64,000 nucleotides of DNA from Auanema rhodensis (Eukaryota; Animalia; Nematoda): the NCBI GenBank assembly GCA_964057225.1, contig OZ059900.1, positions 25,730,001 through 25,794,000 of the forward strand, read 5' to 3'. Below, one piece after another: positions 27,018-40,695 of this stretch. The notes below the pieces were generated by a model, which saw only the letters and a program-made list of their open reading frames with translations, was not told the DNA's origin and made no database searches. The position numbers and the translations under genes were made by a program. How positions within the stretch are numbered: the first letter of the stretch is position 1; the number at the start of each line of letters is the position of its first letter.

Positions 27018-29411
27018 CCTCAGAATATGCTAATTTCCTTAATTTTCTAACCCCTGTTTTTTTGTCGTGAAAGTGGAACTAGACGTTGTACGAACAATTT
27101 TGAGCTAGGTTTCATTGACATTGCATGAGTTTGAACACATGAAATCGTAAGTCAAAACCTTGTTTACAGCGAAATTTCCAAAAACTGGTTTTCCAGCATA
27201 ATAAAATATTTGTCATGGGAAATACAGTGTTTTTGTATTTTTTTAGTGTTCAGCATGTAAAATGCGTCATTTTAGTATGTAAAACGCTGAAATTCGTTGC
27301 ATTTGACGACTCATATGAACAAAAATCGATTTTATCAATATTAGCCATAAGGGGCGTGCCCTCAGAATATGCTAATTTCCTTAATTTTCTAACCCCTGTT
27401 TTTTTGTCGTGAAAGTGGAACTAGACGTTGTACGAACAATTTTGAGCTAGGTTTCATTGACATTGCATGAGTTTGAACACATGAAATCGTAAGTCAAAAC
27501 CTTGTTTACAGCGAAATTTCCAAAAACTGGTTTTCCAGCATAATACAATATTTCTCATGGGAAATACTGTGTTTTTGTATTTTTCTAGTGTTCAGAATGT
27601 AGAATGCTTCATTTTAGTACGTAACACGCTGAAATTCGTTGCATTTGACGACTCATATGAACAAAAATCGATTTAATCAATATTAGCCATAAGGGGCGTG
27701 CCCTCAGAATATGCTAATTTCCTTAATTTTCTAACCCCTGTTTTTTTGTCGTGAAAGTGGAACTAGACGTTGTACGAACAATTTTGAGCTAGGTTTCATT
27801 GACATTGCATGAGTTTGAACACATGAAATCGTAAGTCAAAACCTTGTTTACAGCGAAATTTCAAAAAACTGGTTTTCCAGCATAATAAAATATTTCTCAT
27901 GGGAAATACTGTGTTTTTGTATTTTTCTAGTGTTCAGCATGTGAAATGCTTCATTTTAGTATGTAACACGCTGAAATTCGTTGCATTTGACGACTCATAT
28001 GAACAAAAATCGATTTAATCAATATTAGCCATAAGGGGCGTGCCCTCAGAATATGCTAATTTCCTTAATTTTCTAACCCCTGTTTTTTTGTCCTGAAAGT
28101 GGAACTAGACGTTGTACGAACAATTTTGAGCTAGGTTTCATTGACATTGCATGAGTTTGAACACATGAAATCGTAAGTCAAAACCTTGTTTACAGCGAAA
28201 TTTCCAAAAACTGGTTTTCCAGCATAATAAAATATTTCTCATGGGAAATACAGTGTTTTTGTATTTTTTTAGTGTTCAGCATGTAAAATGCGTCATTTTA
28301 GTATGTAAAACGCTCAAATTCGTTGCATTTGACGACTCATATGAACAAAAATCGATTTTATCAATATTAGCCATAAGGGGCGTGCCCTCAGAATATGCTA
28401 ATTTCCTTAATTTTCTAACCCCTGTTTTTTTGTCGTGAAAGTGGAACTAGACGTTGTACGAACAATTTTGAGCTAGGTTTCATTGACATTGCATGAGTTT
28501 GAACACATGAAATCGTAAGTCAAAACCTTGTTTACAGCGAAATTTCCAAAAACTGGTTTTCCAGCATAATACAATATTTCTCATGGGAAATACTGTGTTT
28601 TTGTATTTTTCTAGTGTTCAGAATGTAGAATGCTTCATTTTAGTACGTAACACGCTGAAATTCGTTGCATTTGACGACTCATATGAACAAAAATCGATTT
28701 AATCAATATTAGCCATAAGGGGCGTGCCCTCAGAATATGCTAATTTCCTTAATTTTCTAACCCCTGTTTTTTTGTCGTGAAAGTGGAACTAGACGTTGTA
28801 CGAACAATTTTGAGCTAGGTTTCATTGACATTGCATGAGTTTGAACACATGAAATCGTAAGTCAAAACCTTGTTTACAGCGAAATTTCCAAAAACTGGTT
28901 TTCCAGCATAATAAAATATTTCTCATGGGAAATACTGTGTTTTTGTATTTTTCTAGTGTTCAGCATGTAAAATGCTTCATTTTAGTATGTAACACGCTGA
29001 AATTCGTTGCATTTGACGACTCATATGAACAAAAATCGATTTAATCAATATTAGCCATAAGGGGCGTGCCCTCAGAATATGCTAATTTCCTTAATTTTCT
29101 AACCCCTGTTTTTTTGTCGTGAAAGTGGAACTAGACGTTGTACGAACAATTTTGAGCTAGGTTTCATTGACATTGCATGAGTTTGAACACATGAAATCGT
29201 AAGTCAAAACCTTGTTTACAGCGAAATTTCCAAAAACTGGTTTTCCAGCATAATACAATATTTCTCATGGGAAACACTGTGTTTTTGTATTTTTTTAGTG
29301 TTCAGCATGTAAAATGCGTCATTTTAGTATGTAAAACGCTGAAATTCGTTGCATTTGACGACTCATATGAACAAAAATCGATTTTATCAATATTAGCCAT
29401 AAGGGGCGTGC
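27018..29411. repeat. 7 of 10 monomers of the higher-order unit
   Basis: Order A(tttgtc), B, C(gtga), A, B, C, A(aaacac). Confidence 0.68.
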
Positions 29412-32146
29412 CCTCAGAATATGCTAATTTCCTTAATTTTCTAACCCCTGTTTTTTTGTCGTGAAAGTGGAACTAGACGTTGTACGAACAATTTTGAGCT
29501 AGGTTTCATTGACATTGCATGAGTTTGAACACATGAAATCGTAAGTCAAAACCTTGTTTACAGCGAAATTTCCAAAAACTGGTTTTCCAGCATAATACAA
29601 TATTTCTCATGGGAAACACTGTGTTTTTGTATTTTTTTAGTGTTCAGCATGTAAAATGCTTCATTTTAGTATGTAACACGCTGAAATTCGTTGCATTTGA
29701 CGACTCATATGAACAAAAATCGATTTAATCAATATTAGCCATAAGGGGCGTGCCCTCAGAATATGCTAATTTCCTTAATTTTCTAACCCCTGTTTTTTTG
29801 TCGTGAAAGTGGAACTAGACGTTGTACGAACAATTTTGAGCTAGGTTTCATTGACATTGCATGAGTTTGAACACATGAAATCGTAAGTCAAAACCTTGTT
29901 TACAGCGAAATTTCCAAAAACTGGTTTTCCAGCATAATAAAATATTTCTCATGGGAAACACTGTGTTTTTGTATTTTTTTAGTGTTCAGCATGTAAAATG
30001 CGTCATTTTAGTATGTAAAACGCTGAAATTCGTTGCATTTGACGACTCATATGAACAAAAATCGATTTTATCAATATTAGCCATAAGGGGCGTGCCCTCA
30101 GAATATGCTAATTTCCTTAATTTTCTAACCCCTGTTTTTTTGTCGTGAAAGTGGAACTAGACGTTGTACGAACAATTTTGAGCTAGGTTTCATTGACATT
30201 GCATGAGTTTGAACACATGAAATCGTAAGTCAAAACCTTGTTTACAGCGAAATTTCCAAAAACTGGTTTTCCAGCATAATACAATATTTCTCATGGGAAA
30301 TACTGTGTTTTTGTATTTTTCTAGTGTTCAGAATGTAGAATGCTTCATTTTAGTACGTAACACGCTGAAATTCGTTGCATTTGACGACTCATATGAACAA
30401 AAATCGATTTAATCAATATTAGCCATAAGGGGCGTGCCCTCAGAATATGCTAATTTCCTTAATTTTCTAACCCCTGTTTTTTTGTCGTGAAAGTGGAACT
30501 AGACGTTGTACGAACAATTTTAAGCTAGGTTTCATTGACATTGCATGAGTTTGAACACATGAAATCGTAAGTCAAAACCTTGTTTACAGCGAAATTTCCA
30601 AAAACTGGTTTTCCAGCATAATACAATATTTCTCATGGGAAATACTGTGTTTTTGTATTTTTTTAGTGTTCAGCATGTAAAATGCGTCATTTTAGTATGT
30701 AATACGCTGAAATTCGTTGCATTTGACGACTCATATGAACAAAATCGATTTTATCAATATTAGCCATAAGGGGCGTGCCCTCAGAATATGCTAATTTCCT
30801 TAATTTTCTAACCCCTGTTTTTTTGTCGTGAAAGTGGAACTAGACGTTGTACGAACAATTTTGAGCTAGGTTTCATTGACATTGCATGAGTTTGAACACA
30901 TGAAATCGTAAGTCAAAACCTTGTTTACAGCGAAATTTCCAAAAACTGGTTTTCCAGCATAATACAATATTTCTCATGGGAAATACCGTGTTTTTGTATT
31001 TTTCTAGTGTTCAGAATGTAGAATGCTTCATTTTAGTACGTAACACGCTGAAATTCGTTGCATTTGACGACTCATATGAACAAAAATCGATTTAATCAAT
31101 ATTAGCCATAAGGGGCGTGCCCTCAGAATATGCTAATTTCCTTAATTTTCTAACCCCTGTTTTTTTGTCGTGAAAGTGGAACTAGACGTTGTACGAACAA
31201 TTTTGAGCTAGGTTTCATTGACATTGCATGAGTTTGAACACATGAAATCGTAAGTCAAAACCTTGTTTACAGCGAAATTTCCAAAAACTGGTTTTCCAGC
31301 ATAATAAAATATTTGTCATGGGAAATACAGTGTTTTTGTATTTTTTTAGTGTTCAGCATGTAAAATGCGTCATTTTAGTATGTAAAACGCTGAAATTCGT
31401 TGCATTTGACGACTCATATGAACAAAAATCGATTTAATCAATATTAGCCATAAGGGGCGTGCCCTCAGAATATGCTAATTTCCTTAATTTTCTAACCCCT
31501 GTTTTTTTGTCGTGAAAGTGGAACTAGACGTTGTACGAACAATTTTGAGCTAGGTTTCATTGACATTGCATGAGTTTGAACACATGAAATCGTAAGTCAA
31601 AACCTTGTTTACAGCGAAATTTCCAAAAACTGGTTTTCCAGCATAATACAATATTTCTCATGGGAAATACTGTGTTTTTGTATTTTTCTAGTGTTCAGAA
31701 TGTAGAATGCTTCATTTTAGTACGTAACACGCTGAAATTCGTTGCATTTGACGACTCATATGAACAAAAATCGATTTAATCAATATTAGCCATAAGGGGC
31801 GTGCCCTCAGAATATGCTAATTTCCTTAATTTTCTAACCCCTGTTTTTTTGTCGTGAAAGTGGAACTAGACGTTGTACGAACAATTTTGAGCTAGGTTTC
31901 ATTGACATTGCATGAGTTTGAACACATGAAATCGTAAGTCAAAACCTTGTTTACAGCGAAATTTCCAAAAACTGGTTTTCCAGCATAATAAAATATTTCT
32001 CATGGGAAATACTGTGTTTTTGTATTTTTCTAGTGTTCAGCATGTAAAATGCTTCATTTTAGTATGTAACACGCTGAAATTCGTTGCATTTGACGACTCA
32101 TATGAACAAAAATCGATTTAATCAATATTAGCCATAAGGGGCGTGC

Positions 32147-35100
32147 CCTCAGAATATGCTAATTTCCTTAATTTTCTAACCCCTGTTTTTTTGTCGTGAA
32201 AGTGGAACTAGACGTTGTACGAACAATTTTGAGCTAGGTTTCATTGACATTGCATGAGTTTGAACACATGAAATCGTAAGTCAAAACCTTGTTTACAGCG
32301 AAATTTCCAAAAACTGGTTTTCCAGCATAATAAAATATTTGTCATGGGAAATACAGTGTTTTTGTATTTTTTTAGTGTTCAGCATGTAAAATGCGTCATT
32401 TTAGTATGTAAAACGCTGAAATTCGTTGCATTTGACGACTCATATGAACAAAAATCGATTTTATCAATATTAGCCATAAGGGGCGTGCCCTCAGAATATG
32501 CTAATTTCCTTAATTTTCTAACCCCTGTTTTTTTGTCGTGAAAGTGGAACTAGACGTTGTACGAACAATTTTGAGCTAGGTTTCATTGACATTGCATGAG
32601 TTTGAACACATGAAATCGTAAGTCAAAACCTTGTTTACAGCGAAATTTCCAAAAACTGGTTTTCCAGCATAATACAATATTTCTCATGGGAAATACTGTG
32701 TTTTTGTATTTTTCTAGTGTTCAGAATGTAGAATGCTTCATTTTAGTACGTAACACGCTGAAATTCGTTGCATTTGACGACTCATATGAACAAAAATCGA
32801 TTTAATCAATATTAGCCATAAGGGGCGTGCCCTCAGAATATGCTAATTTCCTTAATTTTCTAACCCCTGTTTTTTTGTCGTGAAAGTGGAACTAGACGTT
32901 GTACGAACAATTTTGAGCTAGGTTTCATTGACATTGCATGAGTTTGAACACATGAAATCGTAAGTCAAAACCTTGTTTACAGCGAAATTTCCAAAAACTG
33001 GTTTTCCAGCATAATAAAATATTTCTCATGGGAAATACTGTGTTTTTGTATTTTTCTAGTGTTCAGCATGTGAAATGCTTCATTTTAGTATGTAACACGC
33101 TGAAATTCGTTGCATTTGACGACTCATATGAACAAAAATCGATTTAATCAATATTAGCCATAAGGGGCGTGCCCTCAGAATATGCTAATTTCCTTAATTT
33201 TCTAACCCCTGTTTTTTTGTCGTGAAAGTGGAACTAGACGTTGTACGAACAATTTTGAGCTAGGTTTCATTGACATTGCATGAGTTTGAACACATGAAAT
33301 CGTAAGTCAAAACCTTGTTTACAGCGAAATTTCCAAAAACTGGTTTTCCAGCATAATAAAATATTTCTCATGGGAAATACAGTGTTTTTGTATTTTTTTA
33401 GTGTTCAGCATGTAAAATGCGTCATTTTAGTATGTAAAACGCTGAAATTCGTTGCATTTGACGACTCATATGAACAAAAATCGATTTTATCAATATTAGC
33501 CATAAGGGGCGTGCCCTCAGAATATGCTAATTTCCTTAATTTTCTAACCCCTGTTTTTTTGTCGTGAAAGTGGAACTAGACGTTGTACGAACAATTTTGA
33601 GCTAGGTTTCATTGACATTGCATGAGTTTGAACACATGAAATCGTAAGTCAAAACCTTGTTTACAGCGAAATTTCCAAAAACTGGTTTTCCAGCATAATA
33701 CAATATTTCTCATGGGAAATACTGTGTTTTTGTATTTTTCTAGTGTTCAGAATGTAGAATGCTTCATTTTAGTACGTAACACGCTGAAATTCGTTGCATT
33801 TGACGACTCATATGAACAAAAATCGATTTAATCAATATTAGCCATAAGGGGCGTGCCCTCAGAATATGCTAATTTCCTTAATTTTCTAACCCCTGTTTTT
33901 TTGTCGTGAAAGTGGAACTAGACGTTGTACGAACAATTTTGAGCTAGGTTTCATTGACATTGCATGAGTTTGAACACATGAAATCGTAAGTCAAAACCTT
34001 GTTTACAGCGAAATTTCCAAAAACTGGTTTTCCAGCATAATAAAATATTTCTCATGGGAAATACTGTGTTTTTGTATTTTTCTAGTGTTCAGCATGTAAA
34101 ATGCTTCATTTTAGTATGTAACACGCTGAAATTGGTTGCATTTGACGACTCATATGAACAAAAATCGATTTAATCAATATTAGCCATAAGGGGCGTGCCC
34201 TCAGAATATGCTAATTTCCTTAATTTTCTAACCCCTGTTTTTTTGTCGTGAAAGTGGAACTAGACGTTGTACGAACAATTTTGAGCTAGGTTTCATTGAC
34301 ATTGCATGAGTTTGAACACATGAAATCGTAAGTCAAAACCTTGTTTACAGCGAAATTTCCAAAAACTGGTTTTCCAGCATAATACAATATTTCTCATGGG
34401 AAACACTGTGTTTTTGTATTTTTTTAGTGTTCAGCATGTAAAATGCGTCATTTTAGTATGTAAAACGCTGAAATTCGTTGCATTTGACGACTCATATGAA
34501 CAAAAATCGATTTTATCAATATTAGCCATAAGGGGCGTGCCCTCAGAATATGCTAATTTCCTTAATTTTCTAACCCCTGTTTTTTTGTCGTGAAAGTGGA
34601 ACTAGACGTTGTACGAACAATTTTGAGCTAGGTTTCATTGACATTGCATGAGTTTGAACACATGAAATCGTAAGTCAAAACCTTGTTTACAGCGAAATTT
34701 CCAAAAACTGGTTTTCCAGCATAATACAATATTTCTCATGGGAAATACCGTGTTTTTGTATTTTTCTAGTGTTCAGAATGTAGAATGCTTCATTTTAGTA
34801 CGTAACACGCTGAAATTCGTTGCATTTGACGACTCATATGAACAAAAATCGATTTAATCAATATTAGCCATAAGGGGCGTGCCCTCAGAATATGCTAATT
34901 TCCTTAATTTTCTAACCCCTGTTTTTTTGTCGTGAAAGTGGAACTAGACGTTGTACGAACAATTTTGAGCTAGGTTTCATTGACATTGCATGAGTTTGAA
35001 CACATGAAATCGTAAGTCAAAACCTTGTTTACAGCGAAATTTCCAAAAACTGGTTTTCCAGCATAATAAAATATTTCTCATGGGAAATACAGTGTTTTTG

Positions 35101-35565
35101 TATTTTTCTAGTGTTCAGAATGTAGAATGCTTCATTTTAGTATGTAAAACGCTGAAATTCGTTGCATTTGACGACTCATATGAACAAAAATCGATTTTAT
35201 CAATATTAGCCATAAGGGGCGTGCCCTCAGAATATGCTAATTTCCTTAATTTTCTAACCCCTGTTTTTTTGTCGTGAAAGTGGAACTAGACGTTGTACGA
35301 ACAATTTTGAGCTAGGTTTCATTGACATTGCATGAGTTTGAACACATGAAATCGTAAGTCAAAACCTTGTTTACAGCGAAATTTCCAAAAACTGGTTTTC
35401 CAGCATAATACAATATTTCTCATGGGAAATACCGTGTTTTTGTATTTTTCTAGTGTTCAGAATGTAGAATCTTCATTTTAGTACGTAACACGCTGAAATT
35501 CGTTGCATTTGACGACTCATATGAACAAAAATCGATTTAATCAATATTAGCCATAAGGGGCGTGC
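32147..35565. repeat. Putative 10-monomer higher-order repeat unit (3419 bp including one 1-bp deletion)
   Basis: Order A(tttgtc), B, C(gtga), A, B, C, A(aaacac), B(ccg), B/A hybrid, B(ccg, delG). Confidence 0.72.
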
Positions 35566-37959
35566 CCTCAGAATATGCTAATTTCCTTAATTTTCTAACC
35601 CCTGTTTTTTTGTCGTGAAAGTGGAACTAGACGTTGTACGAACAATTTTGAGCTAGGTTTCATTGACATTGCATGAGTTTGAACACATGAAATCGTAAGT
35701 CAAAACCTTGTTTACAGCGAAATTTCCAAAAACTGGTTTTCCAGCATAATACAATATTTCTCATGGGATATACTGTGTTTTTGTATTTTTCTAGTGTTCA
35801 GAATGTAGAATGCTTCATTTTAGTACGTAACACGCTGAAATTCGTTGCATTTGACGACTCATATGAACAAAAATCGATTTAATCAATATTAGCCATAAGG
35901 GGCGTGCCCTCAGAATATGCTAATTTCCTTAATTTTCTAACCCCTGTTTTTTTGTCGTGAAAGTGGAACTAGACGTTGTACGAACAATTTTGAGCTAGGT
36001 TTCATTGACATTGCATGAGTTTGAACACATGAAATCGTAAGTCAAAACCTTGTTTACAGCGAAATTTCCAAAAACTGGTTTTCCAGCATAATAAAATATT
36101 TCTCATGGGAAATACTGTGTTTTTGTATTTTTCTAGTGTTCAGCATGTGAAATGCTTCATTTTAGTATGTAACACGCTGAAATTCGTTGCATTTGACGAC
36201 TCATATGAACAAAAATCGATTTAATCAATATTAGCCATAAGGGGCGTGCCCTCAGAATATGCTAATTTCCTTAATTTTCTAACCCCTGTTTTTTTGTCGT
36301 GAAAGTGGAACTAGACGTTGTACGAACAATTTTGAGCTAGGTTTCATTGACATTGCATGAGTTTGAACACATGAAATCGTAAGTCAAAACCTTGTTTACA
36401 GCGAAATTTCCAAAAACTGGTTTTCCAGCATAATACAATATTTCTCATGGGAAATACCGTGTTTTTGTATTTTTCTAGTGTTCAGAATGTAGAATGCTTC
36501 ATTTTAGTACGTAACACGCTGAAATTCGTTGCATTTGACGACTCATATGAACAAAAATCGATTTAATCAATATTAGCCATAAGGGGCGTGCCCTCAGAAT
36601 ATGCTAATTTCCTTAATTTTCTAACCCCTGTTTTTTTGTCGTGAAAGTGGAACTAGACGTTGTACGAACAATTTTGAGCTAGGTTTCATTGACATTGCAT
36701 GAGTTTGAACACATGAAATCGTAAGTCAAAACCTTGTTTACAGCGAAATTTCCAAAAACTGGTTTTCCAGCATAATAAAATATTTGTCATGGGAAATACA
36801 GTGTTTTTGTATTTTTTTAGTGTTCAGCATGTAAAATGCGTCATTTTAGTATGTAAAACGCTGAAATTCGTTGCATTTGACGACTCATATGAACAAAAAT
36901 CGATTTTATCAATATTAGCCATAAGGGGCGTGCCCTCAGAATATGCTAATTTCCTTAATTTTCTAACCCCTGTTTTTTTGTCGTGAAAGTGGAACTAGAC
37001 GTTGTACGAACAATTTTGAGCTAGGTTTCATTAACATTGCATGAGTTTGAACACATGAAATCGTAAGTCAAAACCTTGTTTACAGCGAAATTTCCAAAAA
37101 CTGGTTTTCCAGCATAATACAATATTTCTCATGGGATATACTGTGTTTTTGTATTTTTCTAGTGTTCAGAATGTAGAATGCTTCATTTTAGTACGTAACA
37201 CGCTGAAATTCGTTGCATTTGACGACTCATATGAACAAAAATCGATTTAATCAATATTAGCCATAAGGGGCGTGCCCTCAGAATATGCTAATTTCCTTAA
37301 TTTTCTAACCCCTGTTTTTTTGTCGTGAAAGTGGAACTAGACGTTGTACGAACAATTTTGAGCTAGGTTTCATTGACATTGCATGAGTTTGAACACATGA
37401 AATCGTAAGTCAAAACCTTGTTTACAGCGAAATTTCCAAAAACTGGTTTTCCAGCATAATAAAATATTTCTCATGGGAAATACTGTGTTTTTGTATTTTT
37501 CTAGTGTTCAGCATGTGAAATGCTTCATTTTAGTATGTAACACGCTGAAATTCGTTGCATTTGACGACTCATATGAACAAAAATCGATTTAATCAATATT
37601 AGCCATAAGGGGCGTGCCCTCAGAATATGCTAATTTCCTTAATTTTCTAACCCCTGTTTTTCTGTCGTGAAAGTGGAACTAGACGTTGTACGAACAATTT
37701 TGAGCTAGGTTTCATTGACATTGCATGAGTTTGAACACATGAAATCGTAAGTCAAAACCTTGTTTACAGCGAAATTTCCAAAAACTGGTTTTCCAGCATA
37801 ATAAAATATTTCTCATGGGAAATACAGTGTTTTTGTATTTTTTTAGTGTTCAGCATGTAAAATGCGTCATTTTAGTATGTAAAACGCTGAAATTCGTTGC
37901 ATTTGACGACTCATATGAACAAAAATCGATTTTATCAAAATTAGCCATAAGGGGCGTGC
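35566..37959. repeat. 7-monomer block duplicated at 51979-54372
   Basis: Same order B(gata), C(gtga), B(ccg), A(tttgtc), B(gata), C(gtga), A, plus a rare T>C (TTTTTCTGTC) seen only at 37662 and 54075. Confidence 0.78.
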
Positions 37960-40695
37960 CCTCAGAATATGCTAATTTCCTTAATTTTCTAACCCCTGTT
38001 TTTTTGTCGTGAAAGTGGAACTAGACGTTGTACGAACAATTTTGAGCTAGGTTTCATTGACATTGCATGAGTTTGAACACATGAAATCGTAAGTCAAAAC
38101 CTTGTTTACAGCGAAATTTCCAAAAACTGGTTTTCCAGCATAATAAAATATTTCTCATGGGAAATACTGTGTTTTTGTATTTTTCTAGTGTTCAGCATGT
38201 AAAATGCTTCATTTTAGTATGTAACACGCTGAAATTCGTTGCATTTGACGACTCATATGAACAAAAATCGATTTAATCAATATTAGCCATAAGGGGCGTG
38301 CCCTCAGAATATGCTAATTTCCTTAATTTTCTAACCCCTGTTTTTTTGTCGTGAAAGTGGAACTAGACGTTGTACGAACAATTTTGAGCTAGGTTTCATT
38401 GACATTGCATGAGTTTGAACACATGAAATCGTAAGTCAAAACCTTGTTTACAGCGAAATTTCCAAAAACTGGTTTTCCAGCATAATACAATATTTCTCAT
38501 GGGAAATACCGTGTTTTTGTATTTTTCTAGTGTTCAGAATGTAGAATGCTTCATTTTAGTACGTAACACGCTGAAATTCGTTGCATTTGACGACTCATAT
38601 GAACAAAAATCGATTTAATCAATATTAGCCATAAGGGGCGTGCCCTCAGAATATGCTAATTTCCTTAATTTTCTAACCCCTGTTTTTTTGTCGTGAAAGT
38701 GGAACTAGACGTTGTAAGAACAATTTTGAGCTAGGTTTCATTGACATTGCATGAGTTTGAACACATGAAATCGTAAGTCAAAACCTTGTTTACAGCGAAA
38801 TTTCCAAAAACTGGTTTTCCAGCATAATAAAATATTTCTCATGGGAAATACAGTGTTTTTGTATTTTTTTAGTGTTCAGCATGTGAAATGCGTCATTTTA
38901 GTATGTAAAACGCTGAAATTCGTTGCATTTGACGACTCATATGAACAAAAATCGATTTTATCAATATTAGCCATAAGGGGCGTGCCCTCAGAATATGCTA
39001 ATTTCCTTAATTTTCTAACCCCTGTTTTTTTGTCGTGAAAGTGGAACTAGACGTTGTACGAACAATTTTGAGCTAGGTTTCATTGACATTGCATGAGTTT
39101 GAACACATGAAATCGTAAGTCAAAACCTTGTTTACAGCGAAATTTCCAAAAACTGGTTTTCCAGCATAATACAATATTTCTCATGGGAAATACCGTGTTT
39201 TTGTATTTTTCTAGTGTTCAGAATGTAGAATGCTTCATTTTAGTACGTAACACGCTGAAATTCGTTGCATTTGACGACTCATATGAACAAAAATCGATTT
39301 AATCAATATTAGCCATAAGGGGCGTGCCCTCAGAATATGCTAATTTCCTTAATTTTCTAACCCCTGTTTTTTTGTCGTGAAAGTGGAACTAGACGTTGTA
39401 AGAACAATTTTGAGCTAGGTTTCATTGACATTGCATGAGTTTGAACACATGAAATCGTAAGTCAAAACCTTGTTTACAGCGAAATTTCCAAAAACTGGTT
39501 TTCCAGCATAATAAAATATTTCTCATGGGAAATACAGTGTTTTTGTATTTTTTTAGTGTTCAGCATGTGAAATGCGTCATTTTAGTATGTAAAACGCTGA
39601 AATTCGTTGCATTTGACGACTCATATGAACAAAAATCGATTTTATCAATATTAGCCATAAGGGGCGTGCCCTCAGAATATGCTAATTTCCTTAATTTTCT
39701 AACCCCTGTTTTTTTGTCGTGAAAGTGGAACTAGACGTTGTACGAACAATTTTGAGCTAGGTTTCATTGACATTGCATGAGTTTGAACACATGAAATCGT
39801 AAGTCAAAACCTTGTTTACAGCGAAATTTCCAAAAACTGGTTTTCCAGCATAATACAATATTTCTCATGGGAAATACTGTGTTTTTGTATTTTTTTAGTG
39901 TTCAGCATGTAAAATGCGTCATTTTAGTATGTAAAACGCTGAAATTCGTTGCATTTGACGACTCATATGAACAAAAATCGATTTTATCAATATTAGCCAT
40001 AAGGGGCGTGCCCTCAGAATATGCTAATTTCCTTAATTTTCTAACCCCTGTTTTTTTGTCGTGAAAGTGGAACTAGACGTTGTAAGAACAATTTTGAGCT
40101 AGGTTTCATTGACATTGCATGAGTTTGAACACATGAAATCGTAAGTCAAAACCTTGTTTACAGCGAAATTTCCAAAAACTGGTTTTCCAGCATAATACAA
40201 TATTTCTCATGGGAAATACCGTGTTTTTGTATTTTTCTAGTGTTCAGAATGTAGAATGCTTCATTTTAGTACGTAACACGCTGAAATTCGTTGCATTTGA
40301 CGACTCATATGAACAAAAATCGATTTAATCAATATTAGCCATAAGGGGCGTGCCCTCAGAATATGCTAATTTCCTTAATTTTCTAACCCCTGTTTTTTTG
40401 TCGTGAAAGTGGAACTAGACGTTGTAAGAACAATTTTGAGCTAGGTTTCATTGACATTGCATGAGTTTGAACACATGAAATCGTAAGTCAAAACCTTGTT
40501 TACAGCGAAATTTCCAAAAACTGGTTTTCCAGCATAATAAAATATTTCTCATGGGAAATACAGTGTTTTTGTATTTTTTTAGTGTTCAGCATGTGAAATG
40601 CGTCATTTTAGTATGTAAAACGCTGAAATTCGTTGCATTTGACGACTCATATGAACAAAAATCGATTTTATCAATATTAGCCATAAGGGGCGTGC

